From: Acidobacteriota bacterium
Lineage (GTDB): Bacteria; Acidobacteriota; CAIWXX01
Direction: 5' to 3'
Assembly (NCBI GenBank): GCA_016191015.1
Contig: JACPPM010000200.1
Location: forward strand, 21,954-85,953
Length of the DNA stretch: 64,000 bases
Part shown: piece by piece, positions 1-9,539 of the stretch
How the letters are laid out: the number at the start of each line of letters is the position of its first letter
Numbering within the stretch: position 1 is the stretch's first letter
Notes under the pieces: model-generated
Databases searched by the model: none
What the model was told of the DNA's origin: nothing
What the model saw: only the letters and a program-made list of their open reading frames with translations
Program-made: the position numbers and the translations under genes

Positions 1-36
1 AGACCGAGGCCCGGGGCAGACTACAAATCCAGGCTC

Positions 37-378
37 TCAATAGCTGGTGAGCGCCTCTTGCTCAGTGTCGAACACCTCGAACACCGTCAGGAGCTTCGTC
101 ATCGCCATCAGATCCTTGATCCGTGCCGTCAGGCTCAGCAGCTTCAGCTTGCCACCCTTGTCGATGACGGTCTTGTAGTTGCGGATGACCTCACCCAGGC
201 CGGTGCTGTCCATGTACGACACTCCAGCCAGATTCAGCAGAATCTTGTTGTTGCCATCGTCAAGAGACTTGCATATGGCATCCCGCAGCTCCTGGCAGCC
301 GTCACCGATAAGGATTTTCCCCTCAAGGTCCAGTACGACCACATTCCCGGCCTTCCTCGTCGCAATTTTCATGTGCAC
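37..378 (-). CDS. STAS-domain anti-sigma-factor antagonist (SpoIIAA-like)
   Basis: 113-aa ORF with a STAS-fold signature (VVVLDLEG...LDSTGLGEVI), including the conserved phospho-acceptor region. Confidence 0.75.
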   Translation of the reverse strand: MHMKIATRKAGNVVVLDLEGKILIGDGCQELRDAICKSLDDGNNKILLNLAGVSYMDSTGLGEVIRNYKTVIDKGGKLKLLSLTARIKDLMAMTKLLTVFEVFDTEQEALTSY

Positions 379-625
379 AGGCTCCTTTCTCGGAAGCTCT
401 ACCTGAGAGGTAGTTTGCCCGCGTTAGAGACCCGCCAAAAGTACCACAGCAGCCGCAGGGTGTCAACGCAGAGATCGCCTCATCGCCTCATGTCCGCGGC
501 AAAGTCGAGGCGGCTAGATCTTCCGAACTCCTCTCAGGAAAGCAGGAGGGGAGGAATGCAGGAACGGAGCGGTCGTCTCGGCCGATCGGGGTGGCTCGGA
601 AGAACGCTCTCACGCGCGGCTCCGC

Positions 626-795
626 CGCGTTAGGGTGAGGCCGTCCCGTCCGAAACCGCAGATGGCGCAGATCTCCGCGCAGATTACACGGATTTTTCCA
701 GCGCTCAACCGACGAGCGAATTCCTCCTCGCTCTCGGGTCGGCGCGAAGCAATCTGCGACATCTGAGAGTCAATCGGTGGAACTGCGGTATCCGG
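626..795 (+). repeat. Dispersed ~170-bp intergenic repeat, copy A, containing three phased CGCAGAT motifs
   Basis: About 85% identical to 11163-11342 by direct comparison. Core reads gaaaccgcagatggcgcagatctccgcgcagattacacggatttttccagc...gggtcggcgcgaagcaatctgcgacatctgagagtcaatc. An in-frame stop rules out conserved coding. Confidence 0.7.
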
Positions 796-875
796 TACTT
801 TCCGTAGCCAGTAAGATCGCCTACATGGCGGTGCGTTTCTACGAGGTTTGTAGTATAATCCCGGCAGTTTGGCAC

Positions 876-1547
876 ATGGGAAGCATACGCGCGAATGTCG
901 AAGCTGTCCGTGAACGCATGCGGCATGCGGAGAGGCGTGCCGGGCGAACCGAGGGTGCCACGGTCCTGCTCGCGGCTACCAAATCCGTCGATCCGGCATC
1001 GATCGCTGAAGCGGTCTCGGCCGGGGTGAAGGTCATCGGGGAGAACCGGGTGCAGGAGGCCGAGTCGAAGATGAGCGGCCTGCCGGAAGGGGTCGAATAC
1101 CACATGATCGGACACCTTCAGAGCAACAAGGTGAGGACGGCCATGAAGCTCTTCGACTGCATCCAGTCGGTCGATTCCAAAAAGATCGCCCAGCTGGTCG
1201 CCACCGAGGCTCTGCGCCTCGGTCATGCCCGGCGCGTGATGCTCGAAGTCAACGTGGCCGGCGAGGCCAGCAAGGGAGGCTTCGCGCCCGACGATCTCCG
1301 CCGAGACTTCGATGAGATCTCGGAGATGAAAGGGCTGATGGTCGAGGGTCTGATGACGATCCCACCGGCGGACGATCCTCTGGCGGCCCGCCCCTACTTC
1401 AAACAAATCGCCGGGCTCGCCCGGGAGCTTTTCGTCGACCGCCCTGCCCAGCTTTCGATGGGAATGAGCCATGATCTCGAGGTCGCGATCGAAGAAGGGG
1501 CCACGATCGTGCGAGTCGGGACCGCGATCTTCGGCGTGCGTAACTGA
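876..1547 (+). CDS. yggS: YggS-family pyridoxal-phosphate homeostasis protein (alanine-racemase-N fold)
   Basis: Conserved YggS motifs (LLAATKSV, VIGENRVQE, HMIGHLQSNK, EVAIEEGATIVRVGTAIFG). Start set at the internal ATG at 876. A TATAAT hexamer lies at 854-859 just upstream. Confidence 0.85.
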   Translation: MGSIRANVEAVRERMRHAERRAGRTEGATVLLAATKSVDPASIAEAVSAGVKVIGENRVQEAESKMSGLPEGVEYHMIGHLQSNKVRTAMKLFDCIQSVDSKKIAQLVATEALRLGHARRVMLEVNVAGEASKGGFAPDDLRRDFDEISEMKGLMVEGLMTIPPADDPLAARPYFKQIAGLARELFVDRPAQLSMGMSHDLEVAIEEGATIVRVGTAIFGVRN

Positions 1548-1867
1548 TGACCATCCTCGGCGCGAATTTTCTGTCGGCAATGGCTCAGATCCTCGACATG
1601 ATCCTCCAGTTCATGATCGTGCTGATCGTCGTGCGGGCCTTCATCTCCTGGGTCAACCCTGACCCCTACAATCCCATCGTCCGTTTCCTGCATAGCTCCA
1701 CCGAGCCGATGCTGCGCCCGTTCCGCCGCTTCATCTCGCCGTGGAAGACGGGCGGGATCGACTTCTCACCCCTCATCGTCATCGTGCTTCTCGTCTTCAT
1801 CCGCATTCTCATCGTACAATCTCTCGTGGACTGGGCCTTTCGCATCCGCGGCGGAAGGCCACTCTGA
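1547..1867 (+). CDS. yggT: YggT-family membrane protein
   Basis: 106 aa with two hydrophobic segments and a YggT-like motif (VRAFISWVNPDPYNP). Start overlaps the yggS stop by 1 nt (TGATG). Confidence 0.8.
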   Translation: MTILGANFLSAMAQILDMILQFMIVLIVVRAFISWVNPDPYNPIVRFLHSSTEPMLRPFRRFISPWKTGGIDFSPLIVIVLLVFIRILIVQSLVDWAFRIRGGRPL

Positions 1868-1883
1868 ATCCGGAGGGCGTCTC

Positions 1884-2390
1884 ATGAAGATCACACCATC
1901 GGATCTCCAGCATCAGTCGTTCAACGTGAAGTTCCGCGGATACGACCGCGAAGAGGTTCGCGCGTTCCTCAATTTTGTCTCGGAAGAGTACGAGATGCTC
2001 GTCAGCGAGGGCACCAGGTCACGCGAGGAGACCGTACGGCTGCGCGAGAAGCTGTCGGACCTCGAGGAGCGCGAACGGATCCTCAAAGATACGCTCCTGA
2101 GCGCCCAGCGCATGGCTGACGACCTGAAAGAGACGGCCAAGAAGGAAGCGGCGCTGATTGTGAAGGAGGCTGAGCTCCGGGCTGACGCGGTGATCGAACA
2201 GGCGCAACACCGTCTGAGGAAGCTGCAAGAAGAGGCCGCCGAGGTCCGTCTCCTGCGCACAACGCTCGAGGAGAAGCTCCAGCTCTACATCAACAACCTC
2301 CAGAAGATGCTCGACATGCATCAGGAAGAGGACTCCTCGCAGGACCGCCTTTCGCTCTTCTCGCGGCTGCAGCGGAGAGAAAAGAGCTAG
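1884..2390 (+). CDS. divIVA: DivIVA-domain cell-division protein
   Basis: N-terminal DivIVA motif (ITPSDLQHQSFNVKFRGYDREEVRAFL) followed by coiled coil. GGAGGG ribosome-binding site upstream. Sits in the yggS-yggT-divIVA order typical of the tail of a cell-division gene cluster. Confidence 0.85.
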   Translation: MKITPSDLQHQSFNVKFRGYDREEVRAFLNFVSEEYEMLVSEGTRSREETVRLREKLSDLEERERILKDTLLSAQRMADDLKETAKKEAALIVKEAELRADAVIEQAQHRLRKLQEEAAEVRLLRTTLEEKLQLYINNLQKMLDMHQEEDSSQDRLSLFSRLQRREKS

Positions 2391-2413
2391 ACCCCCGGGT
2401 GCCTCCCGACGCG

Positions 2414-3562
2414 TCAGCGCGAGACGAGCAAGCCGAGCCGATCCGAGAGCGCCTGGCAGTGCGCACGCCATGAAAATGCCTTGACGCGCTCCCGTGCCGT
2501 CCGCCCCATCGCCTCACGAAGCCCGGCATCGGAGGCCGCTTGCGTGATGGCCGCCGTGAGAGCCGTGCAATCTCCCTCGTCGTAGTAAAGCCCCCCGTCC
2601 CCCACGATCCCCACGATCTCCGGTACACGGATCGTCACAACCGGAAGTCCGACAGCCATCGCTTCGAAAATCTTCAACGGAGACCAGTAGAAGCCGAGCT
2701 GCAGATGCTTGTGGGCCGATGTGTCGAAGGGGGCGACCGCAAAATCGGCCGCCTCCATATAGGCCGGCATCTCTTCGTAGGCGACGCGGCCGGTGGAGAT
2801 GATGCGGCCGGCCGGCGCATGCTCTGACGCGTACTGCATGGCGCGGCCGAGGGTCGGGCCCTCGCCGATCAGCATCACATACAGCTGCACACCCGATCTC
2901 TGCATCACATCGCACGAGGCACGCACCAGCGTCTCCGCGCCGTGCCATCGTCGGAATGACCCCGTGAAAAGTGCGACGGCCGCATGCGGCGGGATACACA
3001 GCTTCTCGCGGATCATCGCCTTCTTCCCATCAGGCTGGAACCGGTCGGTGTTCGCTCCCCACGGGAGCCGGAGCACTTTCTGTGGATCGGTACCAGGGGG
3101 GAGGATCTGCGGCAACGGCGTCACGATCAGATCCGCGCACTCCCCGATCCAATTTCGATACCGTTCGAGCGGTCTGAAGAGGAGCAACCGATCAAGCCAT
3201 TCCTTTGGGGAGCCTCTGTAGTCGATCATCGGGGAGTTCACTTCGAGCACGAAGGGGACCGCAGTTTCGCGCTTCAACAGCGCTCCCTCACCACCGAAAT
3301 TGTAGTACCGTTCGATCACTACGTCGGGACGCAAGTTTCTCAGTTCCCTCCGAAGCCACATCCAGTTCAGCACTCGCGCCTGACGTGGCACGCGACGCGA
3401 TGAAGAGTGGTAGGCCGGGTTGCTTCCACTCGCTCGACACCTCGCCACAACATGCACATCGTGGCCCAGCGCCGCGAGATTCTCAGCGACCTCGCGCACG
3501 TGCGTGGCACCACCGTGCCCCATCCCGAGATCGACGTCGCACGCCAGGTAACACACTCTCAT
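2414..3562 (-). CDS. Glycosyltransferase family 4 (GT-B fold)
   Basis: N-terminal MRVCYLACDVDLGMGHGGATHVREVAENLAALGHDV and a C-terminal GT1/GT4 sugar-donor-binding region. Start trimmed to the ATG at 3562, since the extended ORF reaching 3748 has no homology. Confidence 0.8.
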   Translation of the reverse strand: MRVCYLACDVDLGMGHGGATHVREVAENLAALGHDVHVVARCRASGSNPAYHSSSRRVPRQARVLNWMWLRRELRNLRPDVVIERYYNFGGEGALLKRETAVPFVLEVNSPMIDYRGSPKEWLDRLLLFRPLERYRNWIGECADLIVTPLPQILPPGTDPQKVLRLPWGANTDRFQPDGKKAMIREKLCIPPHAAVALFTGSFRRWHGAETLVRASCDVMQRSGVQLYVMLIGEGPTLGRAMQYASEHAPAGRIISTGRVAYEEMPAYMEAADFAVAPFDTSAHKHLQLGFYWSPLKIFEAMAVGLPVVTIRVPEIVGIVGDGGLYYDEGDCTALTAAITQAASDAGLREAMGRTARERVKAFSWRAHCQALSDRLGLLVSR

Positions 3563-3662
3563 GAGGAATCGCCCACGGCCCGTGATCCATGGCTCACCGG
3601 GCCGCGCTGTGCCGGTCCGGCTGAAGACCCGGACCTCCGACCTCCAACCCTCGACCTCACCG

Positions 3663-6173
3663 TCACGCGCCGGGCAGGAGCACTCGGACTCGCTCGACCA
3701 GCTCCTTAAGAGTATACGGTTTCTGGAGGAATCCCAGGGCACCGGCATGCAGGAGCTGTCCGATCGAGGCGTCCATGCTATACCCGCTCGAGAGCAGAAC
3801 CCGACAGGCCGGGTATTTGGCCAGCAGGGCCGCCAAGACCTCGCCGCCGCTCATGCCGGGCATCGTGAGATCGAGGATCACGAGGCCTATCTCGTGATGA
3901 TGCTGTGCATAAACCTCCAGGGCCCCGGCGCCATCTGAGGCCTGGAAAACACGATATCCAACCTCTTCGAGCATCGTCCCCGCAGGGTCGCGGACGACGT
4001 CTTCGTCGTCAACCACGAGGATTGCACGACCTGTCGCCGCGCTTGGCGCACTGGCGGATGTCGGCTGTTGGACGCTCGCGATCGGAATATAGATGGTGCA
4101 CATCGTTCCCATACCGACACTGGTGCCGATGTCGATCAGACCGTTGTGCGCTTTCGCGATGCCGTAAACGGTGACGAGCCCAAGCCCCCGCGCCGGCAAA
4201 TCGTGCTTGGTGGTGAAGAACGGCTCGAACAGATGTGCCCGCGTGCTCTCATCCATGCCGCTCCCGGTGTCCGAGACGCGGACGAAAACATACTGACCTC
4301 CGCCGGCCCATGGACGCGTCCTGAGGAAGTCCGAGTCGAGCCACTCGGACCCGGTCTCAATCAGGATCCGCCCGCCGGTCGGCATCGCGTCGCGCGCGTT
4401 GTTGACGAGGTTCAAGAGGCCGACACGGATCTGCGCGGAATCGAGATCCACCTCAGGGAGCGCCTCCTCGAGCCTGGATTCCAGACTCACCGACGGGTCC
4501 AAAGTCCTGCCCACCTCACGCAGGAGCTCACGGACCAGAGCGTTCAGATCCGCGATGGCGAGTTGAACCATCGGGCGTCTGGAAATGGCGATCAGCTTCT
4601 GCGTCAGCCCCGCTCCTCGTTCCGCCGTCCTCAACACGTTCTCGAGGTTGCCACGGAGCTCGTGCTGAAGGCCGGCGCGGTTCAAAACCAGCGTCGTGTA
4701 GCCGATGATACCGGTGAGCAGGTTATTGAAGTCGTGGGCAAGGCCTCCGGCGAGCTGCGCGACGGTCTCCATCTTCTGCACCTGGACCAGCTGCCGTTCG
4801 AGCTCCTTTTTGTGCGTCACGTCCACAAGCGTGCCCTCAAAGTGCAGCGGTCGTCCGTCCGGGTCCCGGACGACTCTGGCGGATTCCTGCACGGTGACAA
4901 CCCGGCCGTCCTTTCGCCGCAGCACCAGATCCTCGGCTCGGAAGGCCCCCTCCTCCAGCAGTTTCGCCACATACTTCTTGCGCTCCTCCGGATTGGGGTA
5001 CAGAGCCTGGGCGATCTTGAGGGACTGCATTTCCTCGATCGAGTCGTATCCGAGCATCCGATAGAGAGCGGGGTTGCCCGTGATCAGCGTCCCATCGATC
5101 GTGGTCTGGTATATGGCCTCGATGGCATTTTCGAAAATCGAGCGGTATTTGAGCTCGGAGAGAGCCAGGCGAGCCTGCAGCGCCTCCAGCTCATTCAGCC
5201 TCCGCCGCTCCTCCTGCCGCCGCTGCACGTGGTCGATGCCGATCGCGGCAATCCGGCCGACACGACCCAGAAGCTCCACTTCCTGTGGTGTCCACACGCG
5301 CTGGCGGGAGCACTGGTGAACGAGCACGAGCCAGGTGGCGCCGGAGAGCGTGTGAATGCCGAGTCCCAGCGTCGAGCGAATGGAAAGAGCCGGGAAGGCC
5401 TCGACGAGGGCCGCGACCACCGCCGCGTGCTCGTCCAGCTCCACAGGCCCCGCCCCGTTCGCAACGCATGCGAAGAGCGCATCCAGAAGCGGTGTGTTGC
5501 GATCGGTGCAAATCTCGCCGGCGGGCGCAAGTCCCGATTCCGAGTCCTCGTACCGGGCCCCGGCGGCAGCCGATCCAGACGGCAGCACCGGTACCAGCCA
5601 GCACCGGTCGGCGCCGAATCCTGCCCGCAGACGGCCGGCCAGAATCTGCAGAAACTCGCCGGTGCCGCGCGCACTGTCCATGAGAGTGAGAATCCCATCG
5701 GTCATCGCTTCGTGGGAGACCTTCGCGGAGTACTCCTCGAGAAGCCGCTTCTGGGTCGTCACGTCCCGCTGCACGGCGAGGAACCACGCACCGGCACCGC
5801 TCGGGTTGGGAATAGGAAAAATCGATAGCTCGACCGTGAACAGATACCCCTTCTTGTGCCGGTTCACGACCTCGCCTCTCCACAAATGCCCGGCCAGAAC
5901 CGTCTCGAACATCTCTCTGTAGAAGCCCGATGGGTAGAGTCCGCTCTTCAGAAAGCGAGGGGTCTTTCCGATCGACTCCGCGAGCGTGTAGCCGGTCAGC
6001 TCCTCGAAGGCACGATTCGTGTAGCGAATCGTCCCCGCGGTGTCCGTGATGAAGACGGCATCGGAGATGAGGGCCAGTGCCTCGTCCAGCGGGATCCGCT
6101 CCCCGCGCGCCGGGCGCCGGTCGAGATACTCCCGGATGATGCGCGGCAGGAGCCGCCGCATGGACTCTTTCAT
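3663..6173 (-). CDS. Hybrid sensor histidine kinase (PAS-GAF-PAS-HisKA-HATPase_c-receiver)
   Basis: PAS signature ITDTAGTIRYTNRAFEELTGY. H-box HDFNNLLTGIIGY. G-box DTGSGMD...FEPFFTTK. C-terminal receiver ILVVDDEDVV...ILDLTMPGMSG. Confidence 0.85.
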   Translation of the reverse strand: MKESMRRLLPRIIREYLDRRPARGERIPLDEALALISDAVFITDTAGTIRYTNRAFEELTGYTLAESIGKTPRFLKSGLYPSGFYREMFETVLAGHLWRGEVVNRHKKGYLFTVELSIFPIPNPSGAGAWFLAVQRDVTTQKRLLEEYSAKVSHEAMTDGILTLMDSARGTGEFLQILAGRLRAGFGADRCWLVPVLPSGSAAAGARYEDSESGLAPAGEICTDRNTPLLDALFACVANGAGPVELDEHAAVVAALVEAFPALSIRSTLGLGIHTLSGATWLVLVHQCSRQRVWTPQEVELLGRVGRIAAIGIDHVQRRQEERRRLNELEALQARLALSELKYRSIFENAIEAIYQTTIDGTLITGNPALYRMLGYDSIEEMQSLKIAQALYPNPEERKKYVAKLLEEGAFRAEDLVLRRKDGRVVTVQESARVVRDPDGRPLHFEGTLVDVTHKKELERQLVQVQKMETVAQLAGGLAHDFNNLLTGIIGYTTLVLNRAGLQHELRGNLENVLRTAERGAGLTQKLIAISRRPMVQLAIADLNALVRELLREVGRTLDPSVSLESRLEEALPEVDLDSAQIRVGLLNLVNNARDAMPTGGRILIETGSEWLDSDFLRTRPWAGGGQYVFVRVSDTGSGMDESTRAHLFEPFFTTKHDLPARGLGLVTVYGIAKAHNGLIDIGTSVGMGTMCTIYIPIASVQQPTSASAPSAATGRAILVVDDEDVVRDPAGTMLEEVGYRVFQASDGAGALEVYAQHHHEIGLVILDLTMPGMSGGEVLAALLAKYPACRVLLSSGYSMDASIGQLLHAGALGFLQKPYTLKELVERVRVLLPGA

Positions 6174-6356
6174 CGCACGTCACCGACCGAAGTCATCTCC
6201 GGATGCCGAACGTGATCTCCGACGTCGCCCCCCGTCCAGTCGGAAGATTGGCCCGTGAACCTCGGGCCCGGGACTTCCGCCATTCTCACACTCCCTATGC
6301 TACGTCAGCCGCCTTCACTTGTCGCCTAGTTTGCGTCATCGCTGCCGTGACCACAG

Positions 6357-6385
6357 TTGCAATTCCACGGCGTCTTTTGTAGAAT
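6357..6385 (+). promoter_or_regulatory. Sigma70-like promoter upstream of yjbQ (TTGCAA, 17-bp spacer, TAGAAT)
   Basis: TTGCAA at 6357-6362, a 17-nt spacer, then TAGAAT at 6380-6385, about 85 nt upstream of the yjbQ start. Confidence 0.4.
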
Positions 6386-6470
6386 GTCAAGTTCCATGTT
6401 ATGGGAAGCACGATCGGACTGCCGACGATTTGAAACAAAAGGCCCATTGCGGGCTTGAGAAAAGGAGCCC

Positions 6471-6971
6471 ATGATGCATCTGACCGCAGTGTCTGAACTC
6501 CCTGTCGAGAAAGCCGAGGACCGCGCTCCACTAGTCAAATTCTTCTCGAAAACTTTCAAGTTCACGACCGAGAAGAGGCTCGAACTCTACAACATCACTT
6601 CCATCGTCGCCGACATCGTCAAGGAATTCAAGATAAAAGAAGGATTCATCAACATCGGTACTCTGCATACGACCACCGCTATGTTCGTCAACGAGTTCCA
6701 GAAGGCACTGCTTGACGACATCAAGGTGTTCATGAATAAGATCATCAATCCGGAGGAGGCCTGGAAGCACAACTGCCCGGATTGCTCCGACTGCGACCGC
6801 AAGAACGCCGATTCGCACTTGCGCGCACTGCTGTTCGGCCACAACCTCCAGATCCCGATCGTCAACGGCAACCTGGCACTCGGGCAGTGGCAGTCAATTA
6901 TCCTGGCCGAGCTTGACGGCCCGCGCGAGCGGACGCTGACCGCGCATGTCTTCGGAGCAGCGTCCGCCTAA
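6471..6971 (+). CDS. yjbQ: YjbQ/UPF0047 family protein (secondary thiamine-phosphate-synthase-like)
   Basis: Family motifs FINIGTLHTTTAMFVNE and LLFGHNLQIPIVNGNLALGQWQSI. Carries an unusual Cys-rich insert, CPDCSDCD. Confidence 0.8.
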   Translation: MMHLTAVSELPVEKAEDRAPLVKFFSKTFKFTTEKRLELYNITSIVADIVKEFKIKEGFINIGTLHTTTAMFVNEFQKALLDDIKVFMNKIINPEEAWKHNCPDCSDCDRKNADSHLRALLFGHNLQIPIVNGNLALGQWQSIILAELDGPRERTLTAHVFGAASA

Positions 6972-6974
6972 CGA

Positions 6975-7056
6975 GTTCAAAGTTCCAAGTTCAAAGTTCC
7001 AAGACCAACGAGTGGCGCGTTCGGGATTCTTGAACTTTGAACTTTAAACTTTGAAC
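6975..7056. terminator. Long AT-rich hairpin between convergent yjbQ and maeB (candidate bidirectional terminator)
   Basis: Left arm gttcaaagttccaagttcaaagttccaag (6975-7003) pairs imperfectly with right arm cttgaactttgaactttaaactttgaac (7029-7056). Each arm also contains a tandem repeat of its own. Confidence 0.5.
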
Positions 7057-9318
7057 TTACTTGGCCGCCGCGGCGCTCTCCTGCGCGTCCACGACCGCGA
7101 TGGCGCACATGTTGACGATGTCGCCCACCTCGGCCCCCCGCTGCAGCACGTGCACCGGCTTGCTCAGGCCCATCAGGATCGGCCCGATCGCCTCCGCACC
7201 GCCGATCCGTGCCAATAGCTTGTAAGCGATGTTCCCGGATTGGAGGTCCGGGAAAATCAGGACATTCGCCCGCTCCTTCAGTCGCGAGAAAGGGTAGGTC
7301 GATGTCAGGATGTCCGAGACGACCGCCGTGTCTGCTTGCATCTCGCCGTCGACCATGAGGGACGGGTCTTTACGCCGCACGAGATCCACCGCTCTGGCCA
7401 CGCGCTCGGTATGCGGGTGGCGCGTCGAGCCGAAGTTCGAGAAGCTGAGCATCGCCACCTTGGGCTCGACGTCGAACCGGCGAGCCGTTTCCGCGGCGCA
7501 GATCGCGATCTCGGCCAGATCTTCAGCCGACGGATCGATGTTCACCGTGGCGTCGGCAAAGAAGAAGACGTCCTTCTTGAAGACCATCATGTAGAGACCC
7601 GACACTTTCGAGAGCCCCTCGCGGATCTTGATGATCTGGAGCGCCGGGCGAATCGTGTCGGGGTAATGTTGCGTCAATCCGGCGATGACACCGTCGGCGT
7701 CTCCGAGGTGGACCATCATCGAACCGTAGTAGTTCGGATCGTGCATCAGAGTCGCCGCTTCGGCAAGTGTCACGCCGCGGCGCTGGCGGATCGCGTAGAG
7801 CGCCTGCACGTACTCGTTGAACTTGGGGGACGCCGCCGGCTCGATCGTCTCGGCGCCATCGAGCTCGAGTGCCAGCTCCTGCACCTTCGCGCGGATCGCC
7901 TCCCGGTTGCCCAGCAGGATCGGCTTTGCGATACCTTCGTCCACGATGATTTCGCACGCCCGCAGGATCTTCTCCTCCTCACCCTCGGGAAACACGATGC
8001 GTTTGGGCGTGTTCTGGGCCTTGTGAATCACCATCCGCATGATCTCGCGGCTCTTGCCCAGCCGCGCTTCAAGCTCGTCACGATACCGCTCGAGATCGAT
8101 CTTGATGCGCGCCACGCCCGACTCCATCGCCGCGCGCGCCACCGCAGGTGCCTCGCGCAAAAGGACGCGGGGATCGAGCGGCTTCGGAATGATGTAGGTC
8201 GGGCCGAACTTGAACTTCGTGTTACCGTAGGCGCGGCAGACCGAATCCGGCACGTCCTCTTTTGCCAGGTCCCGCAGCGCGTACACGGCTGCTATCTTCA
8301 TCTCTTCATTGATGGCCCGGGCCCGCACGTCGAGCGCCCCGCGGAAGATGAAGGGGAAGCCGAGAACGTTGTTGACTTGGTTTGGAAAATCACTCCTGCC
8401 CGTGGCCATGATCACGTCCGGTCGCGCCGCAACCGCATCGTCATACATGATCTCCGGGTCGGGGTTCGCCATCGCGAACACGATCGGGTTCTTGGCCATG
8501 GCCTTGACCATCTTCTGGCTCACAGCCCCCTTCACCGACACGCCGATGAAGGCGTCCGCCCCGATCATCGCCTCCTCCAGGGTCCTCAGCTTGGTCTCCT
8601 GAGCGTACTTCTCCTTATACGGATTCATCCCCTCGGTGCGGCCTTTGTAAATCACCCCATGGCTGTCACACATGGTGAGATTCCCAATCTCCACCCCGAG
8701 ACTCAGGTAGAGATTCGCACACGCGATGCCCGCGGCCCCAGCCCCGTTGAACACGACCTTCACCTTGTCGATGTCTTTCCCGACGATTTCCAAAGCATTC
8801 AGAAACGCTGCGCCCGAGATGATCGCCGTTCCATGCTGGTCATCATGAAAAACCGGGATCTGACACTCGCGCTTCAGCGTCTCCTCGATATAGAAGCACT
8901 CGGGAGCTTTGATGTCCTCCAGGTTCACCCCGCCAAATGTCGGTTCGAGCAGCTTCACCGCCTTGATGACGTCGTCCGGATCCAGCGTGTTCAGCTCGAT
9001 GTCAAAGACGTCGATGTCGGCGAAGCGCTTGAACAGGATCCCCTTCCCCTCCATCACCGGCTTCCCGGCCAGGGGGCCGATGTTGCCCAGGCCCAGAACC
9101 GCAGTGCCGTTACTCACCACCGCCACCAGGTTGCCTTTGGCCGTGTACGAGTAGACGTCATCGGGGTTCCGGTAGATCTCCATGCAGGGATCTGCAACCC
9201 CGGGCGTGTATGCCAACGAGAGGTCGCGCTGGGTTGAGCACGGCTTGCTCGAGATGACCTCGATCTTCCCCTTGCGCCCCTGAGAGTGATAATCCAGAGC
9301 GTCTTGCTTGCGTATCAT
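7057..9318 (-). CDS. maeB: NADP-dependent malic enzyme (malic-enzyme plus phosphotransacetylase-like domains)
   Basis: 753 aa. N-terminal malic-enzyme motifs ([33 protein letters not shown]) and a C-terminal PTA-like domain. GAGGAGG ribosome-binding site and an AT-rich -10-like stretch upstream on the minus strand. Confidence 0.9.
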   Translation of the reverse strand: MIRKQDALDYHSQGRKGKIEVISSKPCSTQRDLSLAYTPGVADPCMEIYRNPDDVYSYTAKGNLVAVVSNGTAVLGLGNIGPLAGKPVMEGKGILFKRFADIDVFDIELNTLDPDDVIKAVKLLEPTFGGVNLEDIKAPECFYIEETLKRECQIPVFHDDQHGTAIISGAAFLNALEIVGKDIDKVKVVFNGAGAAGIACANLYLSLGVEIGNLTMCDSHGVIYKGRTEGMNPYKEKYAQETKLRTLEEAMIGADAFIGVSVKGAVSQKMVKAMAKNPIVFAMANPDPEIMYDDAVAARPDVIMATGRSDFPNQVNNVLGFPFIFRGALDVRARAINEEMKIAAVYALRDLAKEDVPDSVCRAYGNTKFKFGPTYIIPKPLDPRVLLREAPAVARAAMESGVARIKIDLERYRDELEARLGKSREIMRMVIHKAQNTPKRIVFPEGEEEKILRACEIIVDEGIAKPILLGNREAIRAKVQELALELDGAETIEPAASPKFNEYVQALYAIRQRRGVTLAEAATLMHDPNYYGSMMVHLGDADGVIAGLTQHYPDTIRPALQIIKIREGLSKVSGLYMMVFKKDVFFFADATVNIDPSAEDLAEIAICAAETARRFDVEPKVAMLSFSNFGSTRHPHTERVARAVDLVRRKDPSLMVDGEMQADTAVVSDILTSTYPFSRLKERANVLIFPDLQSGNIAYKLLARIGGAEAIGPILMGLSKPVHVLQRGAEVGDIVNMCAIAVVDAQESAAAAK

Positions 9319-9539
9319 GAATGCGTCCTCCTCATAACAGACGAAAATATAATACGGTTAAACGATAACCCAAAACGAGCCAGGCCACAAGCGGCGTAGA
9401 GCCGAAGCCCTGAGCGGAGGGGTAGATCGTGGAGCGAGACGTAAACCGGCGCAGGCAGCTACGGACACCCCGCGGAGCGGCAGGCAGGAACCAACCGGTC
9501 ACCTCCGGTCGTTGAGACTGGCACGAATCGCTCTACGCT

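Noticed and set aside
58-633. 191-aa + strand ORF antisense to the STAS gene. Many similar long antisense or overlapping ORFs occur, for example 705-1580, 4068-5828, 7240-9237, 9729-10946, 12427-13317, 16089-17135, 24501-25718 and 35532-36551.
   Set aside because: They lie entirely within or opposite well-supported genes, have Arg/Ala/Pro-rich GC-shadow composition, and carry no motifs.
2414-3748. Extended 444-aa form of the glycosyltransferase ORF.
   Set aside because: The N-terminal 62 codons have no homology. The GT-family N-terminus MRVCYLAC starts at the ATG at 3562.
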